From: Polyangiaceae bacterium
GTDB lineage: Bacteria > Myxococcota_A > Polyangia > Polyangiales > Polyangiaceae
Assembly: GCA_033763455.1 (NCBI GenBank)
Contig: JANRKO010000006.1
Location: 96,001-160,000 of the forward strand
Length of the DNA: 64,000 nucleotides
Direction of reading: 5' to 3'
The translations under genes and the position numbers were made by a program. Shown piece after piece: positions 19,017-29,281 of this stretch (positions are counted from its first letter, which is position 1; every line of letters begins with the position of its first letter). The notes beneath the pieces were generated by a model, which searched no databases, had not been told where the DNA came from, and saw nothing but the letters and a program-made list of their open reading frames with translations.

Positions 19017-20186
19017 ATGTCCAAAGAAAGCGAACTGGAGCTCTCTCGACGGCGTGCCCTCAGCCTTGTGGTGGCCGGAGTAGGCGTCAATGCGTGTTCT
19101 CGGGCGGAGGGCCCGAAAGGGGGGCCAGCGAGCCTGGTGGCGCCTGCTCGCAGTCTTTGGTCGACCACTAACCCCGTGTTGCAAGCATCGCCATTGCCCG
19201 CTGGGTCAACCTGGGAAACGTTGGATCCTTTCCTTTTTTGTGCCCACCACGACGACCATTATCCACCAGGTAACGGCGCATTCGGCCCGCGCGTGAGCTT
19301 GGCTGGCCGCGCATTGGGGCAGGATTTTAGCGGTAGAGATGGCTTTAGCATGTACCACGGCCTCAGCGTTCCCGGGTTTCCGCAGCACCCGCATCGCGGC
19401 TTTGAAACCGTAACGGTGGTGCGCCGAGGCCTTTTGGATCACTCTGATTCATTGGGGGCCGCCGCTCGCTTCGGCGAGGGGGATTTGCAGTGGCTCACCG
19501 CGGGCGCCGGCATTCAGCACGCCGAGATGTTTCCGTTGCTAGGCCAGGCTTCAGCGAATCCGCTGGAGCTTTTTCAGATTTGGCTCAATTTGCCCCAAAA
19601 GAATAAGATGGTGGCGCCTTATTTCTCGATGTTTTGGTCCAAAGATGTGCCGACGCGTACTTTTTTGGATACGCGCGGGCGCCCCTGCGAAGTTAGCCTG
19701 AGAGCGGGAGATCTTGAGGATATGCGAGCTCCAACGTCGCCTCCGCATTCGTGGGCCAAAGATCCGGGTAACGCCGTGTGCATCTGGACCATCAAGCTCG
19801 GGCCTGGGGCAAGCTGGGAGCTGCCGGGTGCGTTAGCCGGCCTCAATCGGTCTCTGTATTTCTTCCGCGGCCAATCGCTCACCCTCAACGGCGTGGTGGC
19901 GCCCACAAGGCACCGGCTGGATCTCCGCTCCGAGTTGCGCGTACGGCTCGAAAATGGTCCCGAAGAGAGCGAGCTTCTGCTCCTTCAAGGGCGCCCTATC
20001 CGTGAACCCATCGCACGCCGTGGGCCGTTTGTGATGAATACAGACGAAGAGATCCGCGCCGCCTACTACGATTATCAGGCCACCCAATTCGGCGGCTGGC
20101 CCTGGCCCAGCGAAGCGCCGGTGCATGGCGGCGAGCGGCAGCGTTTTGCCCGCCATCCAGATGGTCGCGTCGAGCGCCCGGGTTGA
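19017..20186 (+). CDS. Pirin-family protein with Tat/lipoprotein-like N-terminus
   Basis: DPFLF, GFPQHPHRGFETVT, HSDSLG, WLTAGAGIQHAE, QIWLNLP, GPFVMNT. N-terminal SRRRAL...VNAC. Confidence 0.9.
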   Translation: MSKESELELSRRRALSLVVAGVGVNACSRAEGPKGGPASLVAPARSLWSTTNPVLQASPLPAGSTWETLDPFLFCAHHDDHYPPGNGAFGPRVSLAGRALGQDFSGRDGFSMYHGLSVPGFPQHPHRGFETVTVVRRGLLDHSDSLGAAARFGEGDLQWLTAGAGIQHAEMFPLLGQASANPLELFQIWLNLPQKNKMVAPYFSMFWSKDVPTRTFLDTRGRPCEVSLRAGDLEDMRAPTSPPHSWAKDPGNAVCIWTIKLGPGASWELPGALAGLNRSLYFFRGQSLTLNGVVAPTRHRLDLRSELRVRLENGPEESELLLLQGRPIREPIARRGPFVMNTDEEIRAAYYDYQATQFGGWPWPSEAPVHGGERQRFARHPDGRVERPG

Positions 20187-20200
20187 GCGCAGTCAGTCGG

Positions 20201-20953
20201 CTACCAGCTCCGTACCTCACCAAGAAGCAGGCGTCGCCGGGCGTCTCCCTGCTCGATCATCTCGCGCACCAAGGGGCCATCGAACGTCTCCCGTGGCTTC
20301 ATCCAGGCGTTTTGATAACACATCAGGCACACGCGCCGATCAACCGTGCTCGTGTTGTTACCGCGGCGGTGCCAGAGCCAACCGTCGAATAACACCGCTT
20401 GGCCCGGGCTTGCGTAGACGGCCACTTCATTCGGTAGTGCGGGGTGGCCATCTGGCGCGGCGCGGTTCATACGGTGGCTTCCCGGGAGCACGCGAATGGG
20501 GCCGGTTTGTTCGGTCAAAGGATCTAGGTAGTAACCGCAGTTGATTTGGCCGGGCAAAGAGCCGTACGGCGTGCCCTCGGGGTCCATCGGCCACGGCCCA
20601 TCACGGTGCCACTTCTGATCCGGCGCACCTGGGCGAGCGATCTGCGCGCAGGCGCTGTGAAGCTGTATGCAGGTACCAAGGATCGCTTCGATTCGACGGA
20701 TCACCGGTTCATTGTCGAGCAAGAAGTGGAAACGTCGATCGACATCCAAAAGTTGTTGACGCAGCGCTTCAACGCCTACGTTTGCGAGATCAAAGACTGA
20801 CGAGAATGCACCGCGTAGCGTTTCAACCTGCTCGGGTGTCAGAGCGTTATCGATGACTAGGTAACCGTGCTTACAAAAGAAGTCCACATCGCGTTGCATT
20901 GCTGCGTCGCGCTTCACGTTGAGTTGGGTGGGCACGATGTTCTGCTCATACAT
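20201..20953 (-). CDS. Phytanoyl-CoA dioxygenase (PhyH)-family Fe(II)/2-oxoglutarate dioxygenase
   Basis: F.KHGYLVIDNAL, QKWHRD (HxD), GPIRVLPGSH, GQAVLFDGWLWH, distal Arg. Start set at ATG 20953; the longer ORF would overlap araC and its promoter. Confidence 0.88.
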   Translation of the reverse strand: MYEQNIVPTQLNVKRDAAMQRDVDFFCKHGYLVIDNALTPEQVETLRGAFSSVFDLANVGVEALRQQLLDVDRRFHFLLDNEPVIRRIEAILGTCIQLHSACAQIARPGAPDQKWHRDGPWPMDPEGTPYGSLPGQINCGYYLDPLTEQTGPIRVLPGSHRMNRAAPDGHPALPNEVAVYASPGQAVLFDGWLWHRRGNNTSTVDRRVCLMCYQNAWMKPRETFDGPLVREMIEQGDARRRLLLGEVRSW

Positions 20954-21011
20954 GAGGGTTGTATATCCTGTTGGGGTGGAATGCTCAGTGTGCGATGGAT
21001 TTGTTGCGGGT

Positions 21012-21050
21012 TCTTGTACTCCTCTGCATAAAGGATTGTATATTCTTGCG
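21012..21050 (-). promoter_or_regulatory. Putative AraC-family operator upstream of the PhyH gene
   Basis: Minus strand CGCAAGAATATACAATCCTTTATGCAGAGGAGTACAAGA; TACAA repeats with a 22-bp period; matches the site at 22043-22081. Confidence 0.6.
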
Positions 21051-21101
21051 GGTCCTGAGTGCTTGAAATTGCACCCCTTCGTGTCACACTGGTAAGCACC
21101 C

Positions 21102-22016
21102 ATGCCTCCCTCGCAGCACCCCGCGTCTGAGTACCATTGGACGGTTGCTGAGCTGTTTGGGTCGAGCAGCATTCCTGTGTTGGTGTTAACGCATCGGGAT
21201 TATAGCGTTGGAAGCCATACACATGAGTTTCTAGAGCTCAATCTGATTACTTCGGGCAGCGGTTGGCATGAGCTCTCCGAAGGTCGCATGCGCGTTCAAA
21301 CGCACGATGTGTTTGTCATTCCTTCTGGTGTTGTGCACGCATATGGTAGCGATCAAGGTCTGGATGTGTTGCACATTCTGTTGCGCCCTGGGTTCTTGCT
21401 GGAGCATCAAGCAGAGTTCTTGGCTCTCCCCGGGTTTGATCTGCTGTTTACGGTGGAGCCCGCGTTTCGTTCCAGCGTCGGCTCCCGCTACAGCCTGCGC
21501 TTGGAGCCGAAGGACACTGCACGGGTGTTAGCTCTCTGCAAGTCGATCGAAGAGGAGCAGCAGAGGGAGCCCTCTCCACACCGTGACATGATCATCGGTG
21601 GCCTAGGCTTGAGCCTGATAGGCCTACTTTGTCGCTGTTACATGGCCCAGCACGCTGGCATGCTGCAGAAGCGCGGCGTTACGGACGTTCGCGCCCTGGC
21701 CATTCACGATACCGTGCAGTTCATGAGTCAACACGTGGGCGAAGCCTTGAGTTCGGCGGCACTCGCCGAGAGGGCTCGGATGAGCCCTTCTGCGTACAGT
21801 CGGCTATTTCACCGGATTATTGGCGTCACACCGAGCGATTACCTGGCGCGTTTGCGAATACAACGCGCTCGCCAGCTCCTCACGACCAGTGATATGCCAC
21901 TTACAGCTATCGCTTTGGGCACCGGCTTTTACGATGCTGCACACTTTACGCGAACGTTTGGGCGGCTAGTGGGGTGCACCCCTGGGCAATATCGCAAGCG
22001 CTTTGCGCAGGCATGA
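21102..22016 (+). CDS. AraC-family transcriptional regulator (RhaS/RhaR-like, cupin sensor)
   Basis: HTHEFLEL cupin; C-terminal double HTH with IALGTGFYDAAHFTRTF..LVGCTPGQYR. Confidence 0.93.
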   Translation: MPPSQHPASEYHWTVAELFGSSSIPVLVLTHRDYSVGSHTHEFLELNLITSGSGWHELSEGRMRVQTHDVFVIPSGVVHAYGSDQGLDVLHILLRPGFLLEHQAEFLALPGFDLLFTVEPAFRSSVGSRYSLRLEPKDTARVLALCKSIEEEQQREPSPHRDMIIGGLGLSLIGLLCRCYMAQHAGMLQKRGVTDVRALAIHDTVQFMSQHVGEALSSAALAERARMSPSAYSRLFHRIIGVTPSDYLARLRIQRARQLLTTSDMPLTAIALGTGFYDAAHFTRTFGRLVGCTPGQYRKRFAQA

Positions 22017-22042
22017 ATAGGTCCCGCTTGGGGTCACGAGGG

Positions 22043-22081
22043 CGCAAGAGCGTACAAGTGTTTACTACAGCGCATACAAGA
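22043..22081 (+). promoter_or_regulatory. Putative AraC-family operator upstream of the DUF1592-DUF1552 operon
   Basis: CGCAAGAGCGTACAAGTGTTTACTACAGCGCATACAAGA, followed by a -10-like CATACT at 22102-22107. Confidence 0.6.
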
Positions 22082-22214
22082 CCGTGCCCTACGTTCAGAG
22101 TCATACTGTGAAAATCAACCACCGTCCTTTGCGGGTCGCGGCAGTTCGCTAACCGAACGCCGATCAGGAGAGTGACGAATGGCGCCCGTTTGTCGGCAGC
22201 GAGGATGAGAACAT

Positions 22215-24059
22215 ATGCGGTCATTGGCTCCGAAGGCATCGTTGGGGTGGGCGGAAAACGCGAAAAAGGCGCGAATTTCATATTGGCTTCTGGGTAGCGC
22301 TCTGGCCTTGGGCTGCACGGCGAACGTGCCCGAAGGGAGGCCGCATTCAACTGCTGCGGATCCCAATGGGAGCGGCGCTACAGGCTCTGGCCCGCTTGGC
22401 GGTGGAGCGGGCCCCAGCGGAGCCGGTGGGTCGACGTCGGGTTCGGGTGGGTCTGTCACTGGCCCTGTGGGAACCGGTGGCAGTATTGTTATCCCCGAAA
22501 ATTGTAACTCGCCTGTGGCTCCGCGCGCCCCCATGAGGCGCCTCAGTCGCTTCGAATACACGAATACGATGCGCGACCTTGTGGGCGATACCACCTCACC
22601 GGGTAACGATCTGGCGGCGGAGGATCTTGGTAACGGCTTCAGCAACGACGCCGATACGCAGACTGTGTCCTCCTTGCTCGCGGGACAATACGTCGATGTG
22701 GCCGCCGGCATTGCAACACGAGCGATGGCGCCGGGTGGCGCGATCTCAAAGTTGAACGCCTGCGCTACCAGCGTGCCTGCGAATACAGCTGCCGAAACGG
22801 ACTGTTTTAACGCTGTAATCCCGCCTTTGGCTACCGGCGCGTACCGTCGCCCCTTGGCTGCGGGTGAGGCGGAGGAGTTGCTCGCGCTGTTCCAAACGCT
22901 GCGCAACAACGGTAGCGATTTTGCGAGCAGCCTGACGGGCGTGGTGCAAGCCTTGCTGCTCACTCCAGACTTTCTCTACCGCCCGGAGTTTGGCGTACCA
23001 GTCCCTGGCCAAGCCAACTTGTTACGCCCAACTGGGTACGAAATGGCGACGCGCCTTTCGTATTTGTACTTCGGCAGTATGCCGGATGCGGAGCTGGCTG
23101 CAGCCGCTGCGCGGGGAGAGCTGGACACGGCCGATGGTGTGTTGGCTCGCGCCACGGCAATGGTGAATGACCCCATGGGCCGCGCCGCCACAAACGTGGG
23201 CTTCTTCTTTGATAATCTGTTGCCGATAGCTCGTGTCGGGTTTCTCTCGCGGGATGCAGCGACATTCCCGACGTATTCGACCAAGATCGGCTTGCTGATG
23301 CGGCAAGAAACGCAAGCCTTTGTTAAAGGCGTGATCTTTCAGGAAAACGGCACGCTCGACAACATTTATACCGCGCCCTACACCTACGTGAACGACGAGT
23401 TGGCAGCGTTCTACGGAATAGCTGGGGTCACGGGAAGTGAGTTTCGCCAAGTACCGCTCCCGGATACTACCAAACGTTTGGGGCTCCTTACCCAAGGAGC
23501 CGTGCTCATGGGGCCCATCGCTACCAACGTGACGAGCCCGGTTGCGCGCGGTGGTTTTCTCACCCACAAGCTGCTCTGCCAGGAAATTCCCAAGCCGAGT
23601 GCGGCCATCTTGGCGATGATCAAGCCCCCCGATCCGTACTCGGCGCCCACGGCCCGTGAGCGCTTTGCCCTGCACTCAAAAGATCCCGGTTGCGCTGGTT
23701 GTCACCAGTTGATGGACCCAGCGGGCCTTGCCCTTGAGAATTTCGATGCCGTGGGTATGTGGCGAGATCAGGAAAACGGCGTCACCATCGACGCTTCGGG
23801 TACGTTGGCCGTACTCGGCGCCCCTTTCAACGGCCCCGTGGAGCTGGCTCAGCGTACCAACGCAGCTATGGAATCCAAGACGTGTTTTTCGAAGCAGTGG
23901 ATGAATTTTGCTTACGGTCGCACGCTGAACGCAGCCGATAAGTGCACCCAGGAAGCCGTTCAAAGCAAGTTCACCGAGGCCGGCAGCAATGTGAAGGCTT
24001 TGCTCACGGCGCTGGCCCAATCGGATGCGTTTCTCTACCTCAACGCGGTGAAGGAGTAA
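22215..24059 (+). CDS. DUF1587/DUF1595/DUF1592/DUF1588/DUF1585 lipoprotein with one CxxCH
   Basis: Lipobox ALGC, RRLSRFEYTNTMRDL, AYRRPL, FLYRPE, YEMATRLSY...SMPD, GLLTQG, CAGCH, ENFDAVG. Confidence 0.92.
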   Translation: MRSLAPKASLGWAENAKKARISYWLLGSALALGCTANVPEGRPHSTAADPNGSGATGSGPLGGGAGPSGAGGSTSGSGGSVTGPVGTGGSIVIPENCNSPVAPRAPMRRLSRFEYTNTMRDLVGDTTSPGNDLAAEDLGNGFSNDADTQTVSSLLAGQYVDVAAGIATRAMAPGGAISKLNACATSVPANTAAETDCFNAVIPPLATGAYRRPLAAGEAEELLALFQTLRNNGSDFASSLTGVVQALLLTPDFLYRPEFGVPVPGQANLLRPTGYEMATRLSYLYFGSMPDAELAAAAARGELDTADGVLARATAMVNDPMGRAATNVGFFFDNLLPIARVGFLSRDAATFPTYSTKIGLLMRQETQAFVKGVIFQENGTLDNIYTAPYTYVNDELAAFYGIAGVTGSEFRQVPLPDTTKRLGLLTQGAVLMGPIATNVTSPVARGGFLTHKLLCQEIPKPSAAILAMIKPPDPYSAPTARERFALHSKDPGCAGCHQLMDPAGLALENFDAVGMWRDQENGVTIDASGTLAVLGAPFNGPVELAQRTNAAMESKTCFSKQWMNFAYGRTLNAADKCTQEAVQSKFTEAGSNVKALLTALAQSDAFLYLNAVKE

Positions 24060-24065
24060 TCAGGT

Positions 24066-25496
24066 ATGTCATCAATCCGATTGAGCCGAAGAGCCATGAT
24101 TCGTGGTGCGGGTAGCATTGCGATTGCCCTGCCGTGGCTTGAGATCATGGAAACTCCGAAGGCAGTTGCTCAAGCCGCATCGGCTGCCAAAAGGTACCTT
24201 CAAGTTTATACTCCCGGTGGCTGCCAACAGTTGCCCATCAACGGTTCCCAACGCTACTGGCCAAGTGGCACCGAGACGGCGCCTGTGTTGAGCCCCATCT
24301 TGGGTCCTCTTCTGCCGGTAGCCTCCAAGCTGTTGACCATTCGTGGCCTCGAGATGAAATGCGCAAACAGTGGAGAGGCCCCCCCGCACCAAACAGGTTC
24401 GGTGGGCCTATTCAGTGGCGCAACATGGGACGGCGGAGCAACGTTTTCGAGGTTGGCCTCGATCGATCAGGTGATCGCCGGCCGGATCTCCACGGGAAAG
24501 AAGAAGAAGAGCCTTCAGCTCGGAATTCGTTGGGGCACAGGTCAATTCAACGGGGCCGTTTCGACGGGAAATACCATGTCTTTCGAGGATGGCCCCGGCA
24601 CAGCTCCCATTCCTCCTAGTATTGATCCGGTGGCCATTTACTCCGATCTATTCGGCACCCTTACGCCCAGCGTGACGCCCACGATGGGGCAGCCTGATCC
24701 GAGCATTGCGCGCAAGAAGTCCATCTTAGACTTTACGGATAAGAAATTTGTTTCGTTGGGCGCCAAGCTGGGGCCCTCTGATAAGGCCAAGCTCGATCAG
24801 CATCTCGAAAAGATTCGCGAGATAGAAAAAAGCTTGGATGTGATGGTTACAGCGAGTGCCACGTGCCACGCGCCCACCAAGGTGGATACTAGCAAGTACG
24901 ATCCAACTGCGGGGCTCTACGCGGAGATGGACAACGCCGCACTTGATAATGGTACCGATGGCATGATTCCGACGGTTGGCAAATACATGACTGATATGAT
25001 GGTCATGGCGTTGGCTTGCGACATCACAGCGGTTGGCCATTTGCAGTGGTCAGACAGTGAATGCCAGCATTCGCTTCCCTACCTGAATCTTCTCCAGCAC
25101 CATCATTACTACCAGCACGAAAATGGCTATGCACCGGCAGAAATCGAACAGATCGGCATGTGGTATAGCCAGCAACACCTATACCTCTTGCAACAAATGA
25201 TGAGCGTGGACATGGGCGGGCATTCACTACTCGACGAAAGCTTGGTATTTTTTGGTTCAGAAATTGGGTGGCCCGAAAGCCACTCGCAAGACAACATTCC
25301 GATTATGCTCGCTGGTGGCGCCGGCATCCGTACGGGGCGGCACCTTGATTTCAGGAAAAACAAGGCGAACGATAGTGACCCAGGCATACCCCATAACAAC
25401 CTCCTGGTGAGCATTCTGAACCTGTTCGGTGATGCAAGGACGAGCTACCAGGAGCCCGGTAAAAGCCTCTGCAACGATCCGATCTCACTCACATAG
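24066..25496 (+). CDS. DUF1552-family protein (Tat-type signal)
   Basis: SRRAMIRGAG..IALPWLE, SIDQVIA, KLDQHLEKIREIE, ALACDIT, SLLDES, HNNLLVSI. Confidence 0.92.
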   Translation: MSSIRLSRRAMIRGAGSIAIALPWLEIMETPKAVAQAASAAKRYLQVYTPGGCQQLPINGSQRYWPSGTETAPVLSPILGPLLPVASKLLTIRGLEMKCANSGEAPPHQTGSVGLFSGATWDGGATFSRLASIDQVIAGRISTGKKKKSLQLGIRWGTGQFNGAVSTGNTMSFEDGPGTAPIPPSIDPVAIYSDLFGTLTPSVTPTMGQPDPSIARKKSILDFTDKKFVSLGAKLGPSDKAKLDQHLEKIREIEKSLDVMVTASATCHAPTKVDTSKYDPTAGLYAEMDNAALDNGTDGMIPTVGKYMTDMMVMALACDITAVGHLQWSDSECQHSLPYLNLLQHHHYYQHENGYAPAEIEQIGMWYSQQHLYLLQQMMSVDMGGHSLLDESLVFFGSEIGWPESHSQDNIPIMLAGGAGIRTGRHLDFRKNKANDSDPGIPHNNLLVSILNLFGDARTSYQEPGKSLCNDPISLT

Positions 25497-25667
25497 CAAC
25501 GCGGTCCAATCCAGGTTATCACTCGCGTTGACGATACTTTGAAAGATGCGCGGGGACAGGCATTACCGCCTCGGGTTAGGGGTGGTGATGGGTACCGCGC
25601 AAATGCACGCCGCGTGCGTTCAGGTTGAGAGCGAGGTGGGGTGGGGGACGCGGTTTCGTTCCGGGGA

Positions 25668-27251
25668 TCAGCCAGTGCCGGTGCGCCCGAGGGCTCTGGA
25701 GGCGGGCGACTTCGCGGCTTTGCGCAGCGGGGTGGGGGGCGTCGATCTGCGTTCGGTTCCTGCCACACGGAACCGCCCAGCTGTTTCTTCCAGCGAGGAA
25801 GCTTGCCCCAAGAGCTCTTGAGCAACGCTTGCGGACTCTTCGGCGGCTGCCGCTGTCTGCTGAGTGCTTCGGCTCAGTTCGGAGACGGATTGAGAGATAT
25901 GATCGACGGAGCGTGTCTGCGACGTTGACGCAACAGAGATAGCTCCCATCATTTCTTTGATTGCACGGATCCCCGAAGCGATGGATTCTAGCCTTCGGGA
26001 CACTTCGGCTTGGGCCGCCACTCCAGCTTCCGCCTGGCTCTGAGATTCGACGATGAGCCCGGCCGTGCTTTTCGCGGCCTCTGCGCTGCGAATAGCGAGG
26101 CTGCGAACCTCCTCGGCTACGACGGCAAATCCGCGCCCGGCGTCGCCCGCGCGCGCGGCCTCTACGGCTGCGTTTAGGGCGAGCAAATTCGTTTGAAAGG
26201 CGATTTCATCGATCGATTTAACGATGCGAGCGCTCTCGTCACTCGTGGATTTGATGCGGCCGATGGTGGTGGAGAGGCCTGTCATAGCCACTAGGCCTTG
26301 GTTGGCTTCGTCGACTGCCTTATCTACAGACAGCTGCCCATTTCGAGCATTCTCGGCAGCGGTTCGGCTTGCGTTAGATATTTCGTCGATGGACGCTGAA
26401 ACCCTGGCTAGTGCGCCGGCCTGTTCAGTGGTCGCAAGGGCACTGGCTTGGCTGCCAGCGGCCACTTCACGCGCAGCGACCTTTACTTGCGCAGAGGCCT
26501 GCACAACTTGTGCGAGAGCTTCGCCAATCTGAGCAACGGCTCCGTTGAACAGCGTACCGACTCGTTGAAAGTCAGCATCGCTGGCTTGGGGGATGGTGGC
26601 CGTAAGGTCACCTTCGGAGATCTGCTGCACGGTGTTCGCAACGCTTTCCACGAAGCCCGCCATTTTTGTTTGCTGCGATTGCGAGAGCACCTCAATGCGT
26701 GCTGCGCGCGATGCCATCAGCGAGTTGATGGTGATCGCCGAATCTGCGTAGAGTAGGCGAGCGAATGCGTTTTGGAAGCGGCGAAACTCCACGGGCGTTG
26801 CGCCCGCCGCTTCGACGGCAGCCGCGAAGGAAGCTCGCAGGATTTCGTATCCGCCGAAGTAGTACATGGTGTCGAGGTTGATGTCGTCATGACGCCGTCC
26901 AACGTGTTGGCGAAACGCGATCCATTCGTCGTCAATCCTTCCGTCGAAAAGAGTTGACAGATAACGTTCAATCACGGGCCGCTGCTTGGCAACCGTCGTG
27001 TGTTTCTCGAGAACGCTACGAGCTCCGTTGGTGCGATTCACCGCGTCGTAGAAAGCCGTGGATACGCCCGGGAGTGCCGCACGACAAACCTCCGCCCATG
27101 TAGCGACCACCCCGACGTCTTCTTCGGTGAGCCCAAGGAACTGGAGTCGCTCGAAGATTTCGGTGTTGCTAATGCGGACGGTTCCACGGAGGTATTGGCG
27201 TTCGGCTTTGCGAAATAGGCCCATGGCCCGATCAACGGCACGGTCATTCAT
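25668..27251 (-). CDS. Globin-coupled sensor / soluble methyl-accepting chemotaxis protein (HemAT-like)
   Basis: N-terminal protoglobin-like domain ([19 protein letters not shown]) and MCP hairpin [34 protein letters not shown]; no TM helix evident. Confidence 0.9.
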   Translation of the reverse strand: MNDRAVDRAMGLFRKAERQYLRGTVRISNTEIFERLQFLGLTEEDVGVVATWAEVCRAALPGVSTAFYDAVNRTNGARSVLEKHTTVAKQRPVIERYLSTLFDGRIDDEWIAFRQHVGRRHDDINLDTMYYFGGYEILRASFAAAVEAAGATPVEFRRFQNAFARLLYADSAITINSLMASRAARIEVLSQSQQTKMAGFVESVANTVQQISEGDLTATIPQASDADFQRVGTLFNGAVAQIGEALAQVVQASAQVKVAAREVAAGSQASALATTEQAGALARVSASIDEISNASRTAAENARNGQLSVDKAVDEANQGLVAMTGLSTTIGRIKSTSDESARIVKSIDEIAFQTNLLALNAAVEAARAGDAGRGFAVVAEEVRSLAIRSAEAAKSTAGLIVESQSQAEAGVAAQAEVSRRLESIASGIRAIKEMMGAISVASTSQTRSVDHISQSVSELSRSTQQTAAAAEESASVAQELLGQASSLEETAGRFRVAGTERRSTPPTPLRKAAKSPASRALGRTGTG

Positions 27252-27421
27252 TCCCTAAGGGGAGCTTCAGAGCGTTTCGCCGTTTTCGCGATCGCTCGTT
27301 CTGGGGAGCGCCATCGTGTCCAATATTGGCCCTCTGGTCGAATTCAAACCCTGGCCGAAAGCCGGGCCTCCTGGTTGTGAACCCCTTGTCCGCGGGCCCT
27401 CGCGGCGCAACACCTCCGTCC

Positions 27422-28210
27422 ATGGAGCTCGCATCGTTTACGCAGCGCGCCGTTCCGGCCTTCGGCAAGCGGGTGCACAGACTTGGCTTGGCTTGCAACA
27501 TGATCGACGAACGAGGCTTTGATGCTGCGCTGGATCGTGGGCTCAACTACATTTTTTGGACGGCGCTTAGAACAGGAAAGCTGAAGCCTGCGTTGAGGCG
27601 AGCACTGAGCGCGCGCCGTGAAGACTACGTCTTGGCTACGGGCCCTTCTTTTGGCTACTTCGGTGGCAACGTGCGCCGAGCCGCGGAGCGCCTGCTTTCA
27701 GATCTTGGAACTGACTATATTGATGTTTTTCAATTGTTTTGGTTGGGGGTTTCTTCCGCGTGGACGCCCGGCACCATGGAGGCATTGGTGCGGCTCAAAG
27801 AAGAAGGCAAGGTGCGCGCAATTGGCACCTCCATTCACGATCGGGTGCGCGCAGGAGAGCTCGCCAAAGATTCGCCGTTAGATCTTCTCATGCTGCGCTA
27901 CAATGCAGCTCACCCCGGTGCGGAGAAAGACGTTTTCCCGCACCTTTCCCACCGAAATCCAGCGGTCGTAGCCTACACGGCGACCTCTTGGAGAAAGTTG
28001 CTCAAGGCCCCTCCAGGTTGGGACAAAGCGCCCATGACGGCCGGCGATTGTTATCGTTTCTGCCTATCTGATCCACACGTCGATCTGGTGCTGATGGGTG
28101 CGGCCAACGAAGCCGAGCTCGACGAGAATCTGAAAGCGCTAGGGCGTGGTCCGCTTTCCCCGGACGAAGCCGAGTGGATGAGGAATTTCGGTCGGGTGGT
28201 TCACGGGTAA
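27422..28210 (+). CDS. Aldo/keto reductase family protein
   Basis: LGTDYIDVF, LKEEGKVRAIGTSIH, MLRYNAAH, YRFCLSDPHVD. Start set at ATG 27422. Confidence 0.85.
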   Translation: MELASFTQRAVPAFGKRVHRLGLACNMIDERGFDAALDRGLNYIFWTALRTGKLKPALRRALSARREDYVLATGPSFGYFGGNVRRAAERLLSDLGTDYIDVFQLFWLGVSSAWTPGTMEALVRLKEEGKVRAIGTSIHDRVRAGELAKDSPLDLLMLRYNAAHPGAEKDVFPHLSHRNPAVVAYTATSWRKLLKAPPGWDKAPMTAGDCYRFCLSDPHVDLVLMGAANEAELDENLKALGRGPLSPDEAEWMRNFGRVVHG

Positions 28211-28225
28211 AGCGAGTAAGCGTTC

Positions 28226-29281
28226 TTACGCTTCTGCGCTAGTTAGCCGCTTGGACAACCGGAGGAGTGGGGCGTGAGCCTGAACTAACTGGCCACACGC
28301 ACCTTGTACGTCCCGTCCGCGGGAGTGCCGAACGGTAACCAGTGGGGCACCAGCTGCCCGTAACTCGCGAAAGAAATTATCCACGCGTTCTTCAGTTGGA
28401 GAGCGAAATTCGGCGTGTTCGTGTTCGTTGAAAGGAATAAGATTGATATGGTGGCGGAGCGGGCGAGCGAATTCCGCCAGGCGTACCGCATCTTCTGGCG
28501 AATCGTTCACGCCAGAAAGCAGCACGTATTCTAGGGTAATGCGCTCTTTGGGCCGAAGTGGGAAAGCTTTGAGGGCGGCCGCGAGGTCAGCCAGGTGGTA
28601 GCGGCGCCCTATGGGCATAAGATCTGAACGCAAGCTATCTGTAGTGGCGTTGAGGCTCACCGCCAAAAGGGGCCTGACGGGCAAGCGCCCCAGTTGGCCG
28701 ATCTCGGGTACTAGGCCCGAGGTGGAAACCGTGATGCGGCGTGGCGCCATGCCCATACCAAGAGGATCGGTTAAGATGGAAATCGCCTTGGCAACGGCGG
28801 AGAAGTTGTGCAGTGGTTCGCCCATTCCCATGAAGACCAACGTGAGATCCCCAGGGTGCCTTGGCCCAAGCCTATGCACTGCGGCCAGCACCTGCACCAC
28901 AATTTCACCCGCGCTCAAGTGGCGACGAAACCCCATGCTCGCGGTTGCGCAGAAGCGGCAGCCCATACCGCAACCAACCTGACTCGAAATGCAAAGCGTT
29001 ACGCGACCTGTTCCCACGTTCCGTGGCATGTGGACGGCTTCAATACGCTCGCCTTGCAGATCTAAAAGTAGCTTGGTGGCTCCGTCCCGCGAGGCGTCCC
29101 CGTGCAGCAATTGGGGGCGTTCTAGGCCGATTTTTCGCAAGATCGAGCGCGCATGCCCGGATAAGATTGGCCCCTCTTCGCTCCACAGCCAGGGCCGCTG
29201 CAGGGCGGCAAAGCTCGACGAGCTCAGGCCCAGAGCTTTGAGCTCGAGCGGGCTTTGTGCAAAGGCGTCAGCCTGCAACAT
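28226..29281 (-). CDS. rlmN: RlmN-family radical SAM RNA methyltransferase
   Basis: CISSQVGCGMGCRFCAT, MGMGEP, ITVSTSG, LEYVLL, NLIPFN, RGRDVQGACGQL. N-terminus is short and atypical. Confidence 0.85.
   Translation of the reverse strand: MLQADAFAQSPLELKALGLSSSSFAALQRPWLWSEEGPILSGHARSILRKIGLERPQLLHGDASRDGATKLLLDLQGERIEAVHMPRNVGTGRVTLCISSQVGCGMGCRFCATASMGFRRHLSAGEIVVQVLAAVHRLGPRHPGDLTLVFMGMGEPLHNFSAVAKAISILTDPLGMGMAPRRITVSTSGLVPEIGQLGRLPVRPLLAVSLNATTDSLRSDLMPIGRRYHLADLAAALKAFPLRPKERITLEYVLLSGVNDSPEDAVRLAEFARPLRHHINLIPFNEHEHAEFRSPTEERVDNFFRELRAAGAPLVTVRHSRGRDVQGACGQLVQAHAPLLRLSKRLTSAEA

Noticed and set aside
20953..21172. Long N-terminal extension of the PhyH ORF overlapping araC
   Set aside because: It spans the operator/promoter region and the araC start; ATG 20953 gives a normal-length protein.
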